A DNA stretch of 64,000 bases from an uncultured bacterium. GTDB taxonomy: Bacteria; Patescibacteriota; Minisyncoccia; Phycocordibacterales; GWA1-40-21. The notes beneath the pieces were generated by a model. The model was not told where the DNA came from. It worked only from the letters and a program-made list of their open reading frames with translations, and made no database searches. Every line of letters starts with the position of its first letter. Positions within the stretch are counted from its first letter, which is position 1. The DNA lies in NCBI GenBank assembly GCA_963798465.1, contig CAWCTC010000001.1, positions 464,465 to 528,464 on the forward strand, written 5' to 3'. Positions 7,756 through 16,314 of the stretch are shown piece after piece. Made by a program: the position numbers and the translations under genes.

Positions 7756-7868
7756 ATTGTTAGTATATATTATTTTTTAAAAATTCCCACAAGGGGATAC
7801 AGGAAAATATAGTCGGTATCACTTCTTATTTTAAAATAAAAAAACGCCCAGCATACAGCAAGGCGTTT

Positions 7869-8141
7869 TTATTTTTTCTTCATTTTGGCTACATAATAAA
7901 CTTCAGCCAGATCTTCAGTTTTACCAATTTCTTCAAATTGGACCCTTATTACTTTATAGCCTTTGTTGATTAAATCTACGTAATTTTTCTTATGTTCGGG
8001 ATCAGTAATTATTTCAAAACGATACCATTTTTCAATATCATTTAAATCTGTCCGCGAATCATAAAGAATTCTTATGAACATTTTCAAATGATATTTTAAT
8101 TCTGCTTTGCCGAACTCATCATTGACTATGCTCATAAGCAT
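7869..8141 (-). CDS. hypothetical protein (90 aa)
   Basis: Intact ORF with its own hairpin terminator (ACGCC...GGCGT at about 7843-7867). Confidence 0.45.
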   Translation of the reverse strand: MLMSIVNDEFGKAELKYHLKMFIRILYDSRTDLNDIEKWYRFEIITDPEHKKNYVDLINKGYKVIRVQFEEIGKTEDLAEVYYVAKMKKK

Positions 8142-8231
8142 CCTCCTTGTTTATATAGATTTTTTATCTTCCATTTATATACTAGGACATAAAATTAAAC
8201 TTGTCAATACATATAAAAATTAAATTTTTAT

Positions 8232-8266
8232 AAATAAAAAACGCCCTGCAACAAATGCAGGGCGTC
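8232..8266 (-). terminator. intrinsic terminator of ORF 8313-8684
   Basis: ACGCCCTGCA-acaaa-TGCAGGGCGT, a 10-bp stem followed by a T-run on the minus strand. Confidence 0.8.
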
Positions 8267-8312
8267 CTATAAAATTCTATACATTATCAATTTCTCCTTC
8301 TTATTTTTTTAT

Positions 8313-8684
8313 CTAGTTCCTTGACCTGTAGAAAAAATCACAGATTGTTCCATGAAGCATAACATCTTTATCGGAAACGAATTTGTTCGTATCAGGAGCC
8401 ATATTTCTCATGGATTCAGAAATATTTGCACCTGCTTTTTTACTAAAACTCTCCAAATCGCCTACGTTTTTGAAGCTCAACTTTTTGTTAGCAATCCAGT
8501 AAAACTTTCCGCCAAACGATTTTAATTGTTTTTTGGTTATTTCCGTAAAAATTAAAATCGTTTCCTCAACTATTAATATAGGGTTGGGATTTTCTGAAAA
8601 GAGATCAACGTTTTTCCACAATGCTTCTTCCCAAATCTCAGATCTGAGATTTGCTCCAGAAAGAGAAAATGTTGGTATTTTCAT
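8313..8684 (-). CDS. hypothetical protein (123 aa)
   Basis: Intact ORF. No recognisable motif. Confidence 0.45.
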   Translation of the reverse strand: MKIPTFSLSGANLRSEIWEEALWKNVDLFSENPNPILIVEETILIFTEITKKQLKSFGGKFYWIANKKLSFKNVGDLESFSKKAGANISESMRNMAPDTNKFVSDKDVMLHGTICDFFYRSRN

Positions 8685-8760
8685 TTTTAGAGACCTCCTC
8701 CCTATAATTTTTGAAAACGTACGTCTGCGATAATTATAAAACTAATCGATTAAATAGCAA

Positions 8761-9312
8761 CTACAGATTTTCCAGCAATTCTGCATATTCTTCAGGAGTA
8801 ATTTCTTGGATATTAACAGCTTTATCGATAAAAAGTATTCCATTCAAATGGTCGATTTCATGCTGGACTACTTGCGCCAATATTCCGGAAAAACCTCTTG
8901 AAAATTTCTTTCCATTTTCATCTGTTGCTTCCATCGTGACTTTTTCGGGTCTGGAAACTTTTCCATAAACATATCTGACGGAAAGACATCCTTCTTCGAG
9001 CAATTGCCTGGCTTTTGAAGATTTTAAAATTTTAGGATTTATGCAGACCAGATCTTTTATTTTGGTATTTTCATTTCTGTCGTCGCTAAATACTTTTTTT
9101 GAAATAACAAAAAGTCTTATCGGCTTTCCGATCTGAACCGCAGAAATTGCCGCAGCATCTTTTTGAGAATCTATAGCTCCTTTGAGATTTGAAATTATTT
9201 TTTTTATTCCAATGCTATTTATTTTGTCTTCGGAGACAACAGAAGAAATTTCCCTCAGAATAGGGTTGTTTTTTTGCAGAATATTGATTTTTACGGATTT
9301 TTTCGGAGTCAT
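8761..9312 (-). CDS. def: peptide deformylase
   Basis: Motifs AVQIGKPIRLFVI, EEGCLSV, QHEIDHLNG. The start was chosen at the internal Met (MTPKKSV). The track ORF extends to 9357 through junk-like AT-rich codons. Confidence 0.88.
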   Translation of the reverse strand: MTPKKSVKINILQKNNPILREISSVVSEDKINSIGIKKIISNLKGAIDSQKDAAAISAVQIGKPIRLFVISKKVFSDDRNENTKIKDLVCINPKILKSSKARQLLEEGCLSVRYVYGKVSRPEKVTMEATDENGKKFSRGFSGILAQVVQHEIDHLNGILFIDKAVNIQEITPEEYAELLENL

Positions 9313-9379
9313 TGGACATATAATAACATTATTATATAAATTGGTCAAAAAATACAAATAATGCTAGTATCAAAAACAC

Positions 9380-10363
9380 ATGAATAATTTTTGGCAGAAA
9401 ATTTCGAAGAAAGGCGTTTTCTTCTGTTTGGCACCGATGTCTGATGTTACTGACATCGCTTTCAGGCAGATAATCGCAAAATACAGCAGACATGGAAAAC
9501 TTGGCGGAGGTCCTGGCGTTTTTTTTACCGAGTTTGTTTCTGCAGACGGTCTTGCATCAAAAGAAGGCAGACCAAAACTCTTGCCGATTTTGAAATTTTC
9601 CAAAAACGAAAAACCAATAATCGCGCAGATATTCGGTGCCAAACCGGAAAATATAAAAATCGCCTGCCAAATAATTTCCAAAATGGGTTTTGATGGAATT
9701 GATATCAATATGGGATGTCCTGATAAATCTGTCGTGAAGCAATGTGCTGGATCAGCTCTCATAAGAACGCCGGCTTTGGCTCAAGAAATAATTCGCGCAG
9801 CAAAAGCTGGAGCGCCAAAACTTCCGATTTCCGTTAAAACAAGAATCGGCTTTAATGTAATTGAATATAAAAAATGGCTACCGAAAATTCTCGCAGAAAA
9901 TATTTCTGCGCTTACAGTTCATCTTCGCACAAGAAAAGAAATGTCGAACGTTCCAGCTCACTTCGAACTTGCAAAAGATATTGTAAAAATTGTCCGTAAA
10001 TATGATAAAAAAGTTGTGCTCATTGCAAACGGCGATATTGAAAATCTGGAACAGGGAAGAAAGCTCGCAAAAGACGCCGGCTTTGATGGGATAATGATCG
10101 GCAGAGGAATTTTTGGAAATCCTTGGTTTTTTGATTCTAAAATTAAGTATGAAAATATTTCAACTGAAGAAAAACTTAAAGCACTTATTGAACACATAAA
10201 ACTTTTTGAAAAATTAATGAGTCATAGAAACGAAGCAAATATGAAAAAGCATTTTAAAGCTTACGTGAATGGTTTTGAAGGTGCAAAAGAACTCAGAGTA
10301 AAGCTTATGGGTGTGGAAAGTTTGAAAGGAGCGGAGACGATAATCAAATCTTATTTGAAATAA
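9380..10363 (+). CDS. dus: tRNA-dihydrouridine synthase (Dus family)
   Basis: LAPMSDVTDIAFRQI, GFDGIDINMGCP, HLRTRKEMS, GIMIGRG. Confidence 0.88.
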   Translation: MNNFWQKISKKGVFFCLAPMSDVTDIAFRQIIAKYSRHGKLGGGPGVFFTEFVSADGLASKEGRPKLLPILKFSKNEKPIIAQIFGAKPENIKIACQIISKMGFDGIDINMGCPDKSVVKQCAGSALIRTPALAQEIIRAAKAGAPKLPISVKTRIGFNVIEYKKWLPKILAENISALTVHLRTRKEMSNVPAHFELAKDIVKIVRKYDKKVVLIANGDIENLEQGRKLAKDAGFDGIMIGRGIFGNPWFFDSKIKYENISTEEKLKALIEHIKLFEKLMSHRNEANMKKHFKAYVNGFEGAKELRVKLMGVESLKGAETIIKSYLK

Positions 10364-10405
10364 ACTACCTCGGTGCAGAGCACACGAGGTATTTGTTATT
10401 TCGTA

Positions 10406-10484
10406 TGTCTTTGCGAGCGTAGCGTGGCAATCCAGGTTTGTATTGTATGTAATTCTGGATTGCTTCACTTCGTTCGCAAAGACA
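10406..10484. repeat. ORF-less inverted pair of a ~31-nt palindromic unit (TGTCTTTGCGAGCG...GCAATCCAG family)
   Basis: The left arm is TGTCTTTGCGAGCGTAGCGTGGCAATCCAGG. The reverse complement of the right arm is TGTCTTTGCGAACGAAGTGAAGCAATCCAGA. The spacer is 17 nt. The unit is of the same general type as those flanking the GIY-YIG gene at 55949-56314. Confidence 0.75.
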
Positions 10485-10928
10485 ATACAGGATATGGTCC
10501 GATACAGAGCATTGGGGGAATAGCTAAGATTTAAAATAAATATTTATTAAAATCTATTTGATAAATTATTTTTTTATGTTAATATCTGTTATCTGAATAC
10601 AGAAACCCCATTTCTGTACTCCCGTTAGAGCGGCCGCCTGCCATAAAAAGTGGGCGGTCGCAGAAAATAATGTTCTTTATAATTATATAGCTCACTTTTT
10701 TGTTTAATATTTTGCTTTAAAATCTATCTTTACAAAGGTGGTGATTAAACAGAACGCAAATTTAGAGAGAAAAATAAATTTTCAAAGGAGGTAATTGGTT
10801 ATATCCAACCCAAACGGAATTTCAAGTAAACGGGGTAATAACGAAGTTCCAAGGGAAATTGAAATCAAAAATATAGATTCTACAATTCTCATAATCTCCT
10901 TATGAGAATTGGTTTCTCACCTTACAAG

Positions 10929-10973
10929 CCGGCGCATGCATTCCTTTTATGGAAGGTGCGCCGGTTTTTTTTT
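10929..10973 (+). terminator. strong intrinsic terminator
   Basis: CCGGCGCA...TGCGCCGG stem followed by T9. Confidence 0.8.
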
Positions 10974-10999
10974 GACAAAAAATTTAGTTATGCTATAAA
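10972..10999 (+). promoter_or_regulatory. sigma-70-like promoter (TTGACA - 16 nt - TATAAA)
   Basis: TTGACA at 10972-10977 and TATAAA at 10994-10999. It lies directly upstream of the long hairpin RNA candidate. Confidence 0.5.
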
Positions 11000-11007
11000 A
11001 GATGTCT

Positions 11008-11098
11008 GCCGGTTATTTACACCCTAGATTCTGATCCCCACAAATCGTCGACAAACATCGTGACGAATGGGTTAGGGCTAAATAACTGGCTTTTTTTT
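11008..11098 (+). ncRNA. small hairpin RNA candidate with its own promoter and U-tract, upstream of dnaX (possible small SRP RNA; unconfirmed)
   Basis: GCCGGTTATTTA..CCCTA...CCCA..TCGT...ACGA.TGGG..TAGGG.TAAATAACTGGC followed by T8. It forms one long imperfect hairpin. Confidence 0.45.
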
Positions 11099-11178
11099 GC
11101 CTAAAATTTGATATCATTTTTTATATTTGACAAAAAATTATAATATAATCTTTCACCCGTTAAAGTTTTTACTAACGT

Positions 11179-11202
11179 ATTATGCAGTAAATACTGCATA
11201 AT
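11179..11202. promoter_or_regulatory. perfect palindrome ATTATGCAGTA-aa-TACTGCATAAT (possible operator) upstream of dnaX
   Basis: 11-bp arms, 120 nt upstream of ATG 11323. Confidence 0.3.
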
Positions 11203-11322
11203 ACTGAAAAAGTTATTTTGTAAATTATCTCTATAGAAAATTATATAAAAATACAGTATAATAGGCTTTATATGAAAATAGTCGCGTATAACTTTTTTAT
11301 TAGTAAAAATTTTCTCGGGTAA

Positions 11323-12360
11323 ATGGCAGAAACCGCTTTATACAGAAAATATCGCCCGCAAAAATTCAAGGAAGTTCTTGGACAGGATCATATTGTAAAA
11401 GTTTTGGAGTCATCAATCGAAAATGGAAATATTTCCCACGCATATATTTTTGCCGGTTCTCGCGGAACAGGAAAAACATCTGTTGCAAGAATTTTTGCAA
11501 AAGAAATCGGCACAACATCGAATGATATTTCAGAAATCGATGCTGCTTCAAATACCGGCGTGGAAAATATCCGCGATTTGAACGAGTCGGTAAACACTTT
11601 GCCTTTTGAATCAAAATATAAAGTTTATATTCTCGATGAAGCTCACATGCTTTCAAAGTCAGCTTGGAATGCGCTTTTGAAAACTATCGAAGAGCCGCCA
11701 AAACATGTGATTTTTATTTTTGCAACGACCGAAGCGAACAAAATCCCAGAAACTATCATTTCAAGATGCCAGACATTTTCCTTTAAAAAGCCGACGCAGA
11801 AAGTTTTGAAAGATGTCGTTGTCGCGATTGCAAAAAAAGAAGGATTTTCGCTGGAAGCTTCATCGGCAGATCTCATAGCTTTGCTCGGCGACGGATCTTT
11901 CCGCGATGCGCAAAGTATTTTGCAAAAAGTCATGAGTGCTTCAAAGGATAAGAAAATCAGTCCGGAAGAAGTCGAGCTTGTCACAGGTGCGCCAAAATCC
12001 GAAGTTGTGAATGATTTTATCAGAGCGATAGATGAAAACAACTTAGAGCTTGGTCTCGGAGCAATTTCAAAAGCTACGGAGGCAAATATAGATATTCTTT
12101 TATACTTCAAGCTCGTGCTTCACAAAATGCGTTCGATTTTGCTTTTGAGAAATCTGAAAAGTTCGGAAGGGAAACTTGCCGATGAAATGACTGACACAGA
12201 TTTTAAATTTATCAAAAATCTCGCCGAAAAAAAACCTTCAAAAATAAATTCCGACACTTTGCTTACACTTTTATCTTATTATGATATGGTTTCAAAAGCT
12301 TATATTCCTGAGCTTCCGCTCGAGCTTGTTTTGATAAAATTGACTCAAGATGGAAAATAA
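11323..12360 (+). CDS. dnaX: DNA polymerase III subunit gamma/tau
   Basis: YRKYRPQKFKEVLGQDHIV, GSRGTGKTS (Walker A), ILDEAHML, SRCQTF. Confidence 0.92.
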   Translation: MAETALYRKYRPQKFKEVLGQDHIVKVLESSIENGNISHAYIFAGSRGTGKTSVARIFAKEIGTTSNDISEIDAASNTGVENIRDLNESVNTLPFESKYKVYILDEAHMLSKSAWNALLKTIEEPPKHVIFIFATTEANKIPETIISRCQTFSFKKPTQKVLKDVVVAIAKKEGFSLEASSADLIALLGDGSFRDAQSILQKVMSASKDKKISPEEVELVTGAPKSEVVNDFIRAIDENNLELGLGAISKATEANIDILLYFKLVLHKMRSILLLRNLKSSEGKLADEMTDTDFKFIKNLAEKKPSKINSDTLLTLLSYYDMVSKAYIPELPLELVLIKLTQDGK

Positions 12361-12733
12361 AAATAAATTCATCAGTTACAGATCCAGAAAAATATTGATT
12401 GCAGCAGTGCTGGTTGCCGGCATTTTTTCATGGCTATATGTGGCTTTAAATATGTCATCACTAAGACCGCGCACTTTTTATTTGCATAACTATTACCGTC
12501 AGCCAATCGTGGTCAAAGATATTTCATCGTGGATGACTTTCGATTACATAAACAAAGTATTCCATTTGCCACCGTCATATTTGAAAGATGTATTCAAAAT
12601 TAGTGACCAAAAATATCCGAGAATAACAATAGAACAGCTTTCAAAAGAAACAAAAGCAAGCAGCACAATACTTATTAAAAATATTCAGAACGATATTGTA
12701 ATTTATTTTTCGTCCTCGACAAACGGACAATAA
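12350..12733 (+). CDS. hypothetical membrane-anchored protein (127 aa)
   Basis: N-terminal TM segment ILIAAVLVAGIFSWLYVAL. Overlaps the dnaX stop by 11 nt. Confidence 0.5.
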   Translation: MENKNKFISYRSRKILIAAVLVAGIFSWLYVALNMSSLRPRTFYLHNYYRQPIVVKDISSWMTFDYINKVFHLPPSYLKDVFKISDQKYPRITIEQLSKETKASSTILIKNIQNDIVIYFSSSTNGQ

Positions 12734-12738
12734 ATTTT

Positions 12739-13356
12739 ATGCATACTATTTTACCTTCCATACTTTCATTTGTTTTGCTTTATGGATATACTGCAATTTT
12801 TTCAATATCTTATTTAGCCGTATTCTTGCCGCTGCCTCAAACAGTGGTTCTTTTGGCTGGAGGAGCTTTTGCCGGACAAGGATATCTCAATATATTTTCC
12901 CTGATTTTTTTCAGTTCTCTTGGAAATATTTTGGGCGACTTAACTTGTTTTTTTCTTGCTCGAAAATATGGAAAGGAACTTCTGATGAAAATTGGATTGA
13001 AAAAAATGATATTGTCGAAAAAATTCGCAGAAATGGAAACATTCATAAATGCCACTGCCGGCCCAACCGTTTTTATTTCTAGAATCATACCGCTTGGAAC
13101 AATAGTCGATATTTTGTCCGGCTTGTCAAAAATGTCATTCAAAAAATTCATAGCTTATGTCGTGGCCGGAAATGTCATTTACACTGTCGGAGTCGCGCTT
13201 GTCGGATTATTTTTAGGAAATGCTTGGCAAAATGTAACTTCAATTTTCTCCGCAGCAGGCATAATAATAGCAATCATAATAGTCATATTTGCTTTGAGCA
13301 GAATATATTTTAATAAATTAAAACATAGGATGAAAAAAACGGAATCCAAAAATTAA
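12739..13356 (+). CDS. DedA/VTT-domain membrane protein
   Basis: LLAGGAFAGQGYLN...GNILGDLTCFFLARKYGKELL. Multiple TM segments. Confidence 0.75.
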   Translation: MHTILPSILSFVLLYGYTAIFSISYLAVFLPLPQTVVLLAGGAFAGQGYLNIFSLIFFSSLGNILGDLTCFFLARKYGKELLMKIGLKKMILSKKFAEMETFINATAGPTVFISRIIPLGTIVDILSGLSKMSFKKFIAYVVAGNVIYTVGVALVGLFLGNAWQNVTSIFSAAGIIIAIIIVIFALSRIYFNKLKHRMKKTESKN

Positions 13357-13511
13357 TTTATTTTTAAAATATAATTCACGAGCTTCGGCACCCAGAGATT
13401 TTGCGTGCACAAAAGGATTATTCCGATGATAATTAGAATCAAAAGAAAAATCCTTATGAATTGAATGAACGGGCTTGAATTATATTTTTTATTTTTCCAG
13501 TCGATTGTCAT
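13353..13511 (-). CDS. possible small membrane protein (52 aa, not in ORF track)
   Basis: Manual translation gives MTIDWKNKKYNSSPFIQFIRIFLLILIIIGIILLCTQNLWVPKLVNYILKIN*, with one hydrophobic helix. No clear SD. Confidence 0.3.
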   Translation of the reverse strand: MTIDWKNKKYNSSPFIQFIRIFLLILIIIGIILLCTQNLWVPKLVNYILKIN

Positions 13512-13541
13512 AAGAATATTATACTAACTAATTGATAAATT

Positions 13542-13574
13542 AAAAGGCGGGTTCGCGAAACGAACCCGCCTTTT
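13542..13574. terminator. bidirectional terminator
   Basis: AAAAGGCGGGTTCG-cgaaa-CGAACCCGCCTTTT. Confidence 0.85.
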
Positions 13575-13598
13575 AATTTTAATGTCTTACTGCAATTG

Positions 13599-13856
13599 TT
13601 ATGATAAGTGTTTTGAAACGAGCTTTGTCATTTCAAACATATCTACGACTGCTTTGCCTCCAAAAACTTTTTTCAAATTTTCATCAGCTATTATATTTCT
13701 CTTTTTCTTAGGATCCTGAAGATTCTTTCCTTTGATGTAAACCCAAAGTTTCTTTACAACTTCAGATCTTGGCATTGGACCTGCACCGACTACTTTTGCT
13801 AAATCTGCGCTTACATTAAGCGGCTTCATAAATGCTGAACCTTTTTTCTCTGCCAT
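13599..13856 (-). CDS. SWIB/MDM2 domain protein
   Basis: PLNVSADLAKVVGAGPMPRSEVVKKLWVYIKGKNLQDPKKKRNIIADENLKKVFG is the classic SWIB pattern. Confidence 0.85.
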   Translation of the reverse strand: MAEKKGSAFMKPLNVSADLAKVVGAGPMPRSEVVKKLWVYIKGKNLQDPKKKRNIIADENLKKVFGGKAVVDMFEMTKLVSKHLS

Positions 13857-13969
13857 GTTTTTGTTTTGCCTGGCATTTCGCTTGAAACGCTTCGGCTTAA
13901 AATTATTAAATTAATAAGATGTGTATAGTATAGCAGAAAACAGATTTTTGTGTAATGGGCGATAGAGAA

Positions 13970-14497
13970 TCAAGATCTCAGCTTCTCACGAATATTCATC
14001 AATGTTTTACCGAGCATATTTCGGCCTTTGCCGGTCTTGTCCGTTCCCCAAAATAAATCATTCCACCAGTTCATTTCTTCTAGCAGCTTCTCGTCAGTGT
14101 CGAGAAGCAATTTAGTATTTTCAGGATTTAGTTTCGGGTCAAATTTTTGCGTTATCAAATCCGTCATAATTTCAAGTTTTCTTTTAGTCCATTCTTCTTT
14201 TGTGCATGCGTCGTGAGGTTTATTTTCCTCATTATATTTAATGGATTCAAGTTCGGAACAAGTTTGGAAGTATTCTCGGTGTTCAGGTTTCCATTTTGCA
14301 GCTTGATAGGCGAGTTCAACACTTTTGTATTCTACATCGTCCAAAAAGACTTTTGCTGGCCAAAAATTGCTAAGGAAACGATACGGACCAAAAAATCCTT
14401 TTACTTCTTTATCATTATGAATAGCAAATTGTTCCCATTCACCTTTTTTGTATTGGGTTCCATTTGGTCCTATGTCGGCGTAGAGAATTTTTTTCAT
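13970..14497 (-). CDS. NADAR (DUF1768, YbiA-like) domain protein
   Basis: FFGPYRFLSNFWPAKVFLDDVEYKSVELAYQAAKW...LLLDTDEKLLEE...WG are hallmarks of the NADAR family. Confidence 0.8.
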   Translation of the reverse strand: MKKILYADIGPNGTQYKKGEWEQFAIHNDKEVKGFFGPYRFLSNFWPAKVFLDDVEYKSVELAYQAAKWKPEHREYFQTCSELESIKYNEENKPHDACTKEEWTKRKLEIMTDLITQKFDPKLNPENTKLLLDTDEKLLEEMNWWNDLFWGTDKTGKGRNMLGKTLMNIREKLRS

Positions 14498-14518
14498 TTT
14501 TTTGGGTTCACTTGGTAT

Positions 14519-15151
14519 TTACAGTAATTTTATTTTTCTTAGTGTTTCTTCCATTCTTGAATGATCGGGATTTAAATATGCCTCTAAATAGTCAATTAAC
14601 ATTTTTTCTTTTGTAGATCGAAGTGAAATTTCATTACCTTCATATTTCAAAGCATCTATTCTTCCATGACTGATATTATTTCTAATTTCTTTAAATTCCC
14701 AAAGAATTTTTGAAACATTATTTTTACCAAAAAGATTTTGATAAAAGAAAATTTTATCAGTTAAAGATTCAAGATTATCAATACTAAAATTCCTTTTTAA
14801 AGAATAATTATCACTAATAGTGTCAAGAATATCTTTAGCAATCGGTCCAGGGAGTTTTTTTAAGATTTCCATTAATTTCAAATCAGATTTTTTTTCACCA
14901 AAACAATATCTCTCAATTGATTTTTTTGCCTTTATTACTTCCTCTGTTGATTCTGTTTTATAAATTTCTTTCCACGGATCAGTAATAACTGCATTTAAGT
15001 CGCTCTCAACCCAATAGCACATAAAATAAACAAAGGTAATTGTTTTAATTTGAGTATCAGATAGTTTTAAAACACCTTTCGAAATAGCACTAACAAATTT
15101 TTCATCGTCAACTTTAGGAAATATTTTTTTTAAATCTTCTACACTAATCAT
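14519..15151 (-). CDS. all-alpha protein with C-terminal Rx4H motif (HEPN-like, Abi-type candidate)
   Basis: WEFKEIRNNISHGRI carries R-x4-H. The gene is 21 nt upstream of the NADAR gene on the same strand. Confidence 0.5.
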   Translation of the reverse strand: MISVEDLKKIFPKVDDEKFVSAISKGVLKLSDTQIKTITFVYFMCYWVESDLNAVITDPWKEIYKTESTEEVIKAKKSIERYCFGEKKSDLKLMEILKKLPGPIAKDILDTISDNYSLKRNFSIDNLESLTDKIFFYQNLFGKNNVSKILWEFKEIRNNISHGRIDALKYEGNEISLRSTKEKMLIDYLEAYLNPDHSRMEETLRKIKLL

Positions 15152-15288
15152 GATATAGATTTAGAATAAGACAATTTTGCACGATTTTGCTGAGCGTCTC
15201 GAGCTAGAACCTTTATCAGCCAAGCCCTATAACGTTTAATTTAACAAATTTAGTATAACAAAACGACGCAACAAGAGCTAATATATTT

Positions 15289-15531
15289 TTATAGAAAAGC
15301 TGCAATTAATTGAAATATAAATCCCAAGGCAAGTAAAATCAAACCTATTTTATTTATACAACTTTCCTTTAAATGTTTTATTTGAGTATACTCACCAGTT
15401 TTTTGGTCTCCTGAAACTATCAAATCATCTTCCAATTTTTTAGTAGTATTAAGATTTGGAATAATCAATATTATAGCTGCTATAGTATTTAAAGCTAGAC
15501 CAATTATATTTAGTACATTGGATGTCGACAT
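15289..15531 (-). CDS. small two-TM membrane protein (80 aa)
   Basis: Hydrophobic N- and C-terminal segments. Confidence 0.5.
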   Translation of the reverse strand: MSTSNVLNIIGLALNTIAAIILIIPNLNTTKKLEDDLIVSGDQKTGEYTQIKHLKESCINKIGLILLALGFIFQLIAAFL

Positions 15532-15547
15532 TATTTTATATTTTATA

Positions 15548-16009
15548 CTACATATTTAGCAACTTCTCTTTTTGAGAGTCGAAATCAGATTGGGAAATAA
15601 TACCTTCTTTTAATAGTTCATTTAATTTTTTTAGTTCGTCAGCAACACTGTAATGATCGGTTCGTCTATCATCTTTATTGAATCTCGCGTCATTAATTGA
15701 TTTCATCCAATCAATAAAATATGAATCCTTCAATTGTGCTAATTTTCCTAATTTACCTAAAACTAGATAGTCTATAAGCTTATTATGGTTAAATTTTACC
15801 TTTTCTTCTTTGCCATTAATTAAATAATAAACACTTAAATAACTAGCATTATCCCACCTATCACATTTAATGCTTGTAATACTGCCTAAAGAAATTGATA
15901 CAATTTTTTCTCCCTTGCTAATAAAATACAGATTTTTATCAGTTAAAATCAATTGTCCACTTTTAAAACCCCAACCTATTCCACTTTCTTCTCTTATTGT
16001 TTTTTCCAT
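15548..16009 (-). CDS. PH-like domain plus SHOCT domain protein
   Basis: C-terminal ADELKKLNELLKEGIISQSDFDSQKEKLL is a SHOCT motif. The N-terminal region GQLILTDKNLYFISKGEKI is bPH/YokE-like. Confidence 0.6.
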   Translation of the reverse strand: MEKTIREESGIGWGFKSGQLILTDKNLYFISKGEKIVSISLGSITSIKCDRWDNASYLSVYYLINGKEEKVKFNHNKLIDYLVLGKLGKLAQLKDSYFIDWMKSINDARFNKDDRRTDHYSVADELKKLNELLKEGIISQSDFDSQKEKLLNM

Positions 16010-16107
16010 ATATTTTAATTATATAACTTTTTTATAAATTTCGTAGCTATGCAAAATAGCAAAACTATTTCATTAACGCAACTCGTGCGCCAGAACTTAG
16101 CTCTTGT

Positions 16108-16181
16108 TGGCTGGGGGACAGGGACTCGAACCCCGATTGCATGCGCCAAAGGCACGCGTCCTACCATTAGACGATCCCCCA
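16108..16181 (-). tRNA. tRNA-Gln (TTG), CCA encoded
   Basis: Reverse complement is TGGGGGATCGTCTAATGGTAGGACGCGTGCCTTTGGCGCATGCAATCGGGGTTCGAGTCCCTGTCCCCCAGCCA, with anticodon loop CTTTGGC. Confidence 0.92.
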
Positions 16182-16314
16182 ATGTATTTAACAATTGCAA
16201 GGATACTAGAAAAATTCAATAAATTCAAGTCGTTAAGTTATCTATCCGATAATGGGTTGATTTTTTAATTATAATAATATATAATAGTAGTGTTAATAAT
16301 AATGATAAAATAAT

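Noticed and set aside
11643-12110. Long antisense ORFs in the track (for example 11643-12110 opposite dnaX, 9370-9762, 24397-24765, 43444-43782, 55518-55883, 18549-18905).
   Set aside because: Each lies fully inside a confidently identified gene on the other strand and shows no motif. They are typical shadow ORFs.
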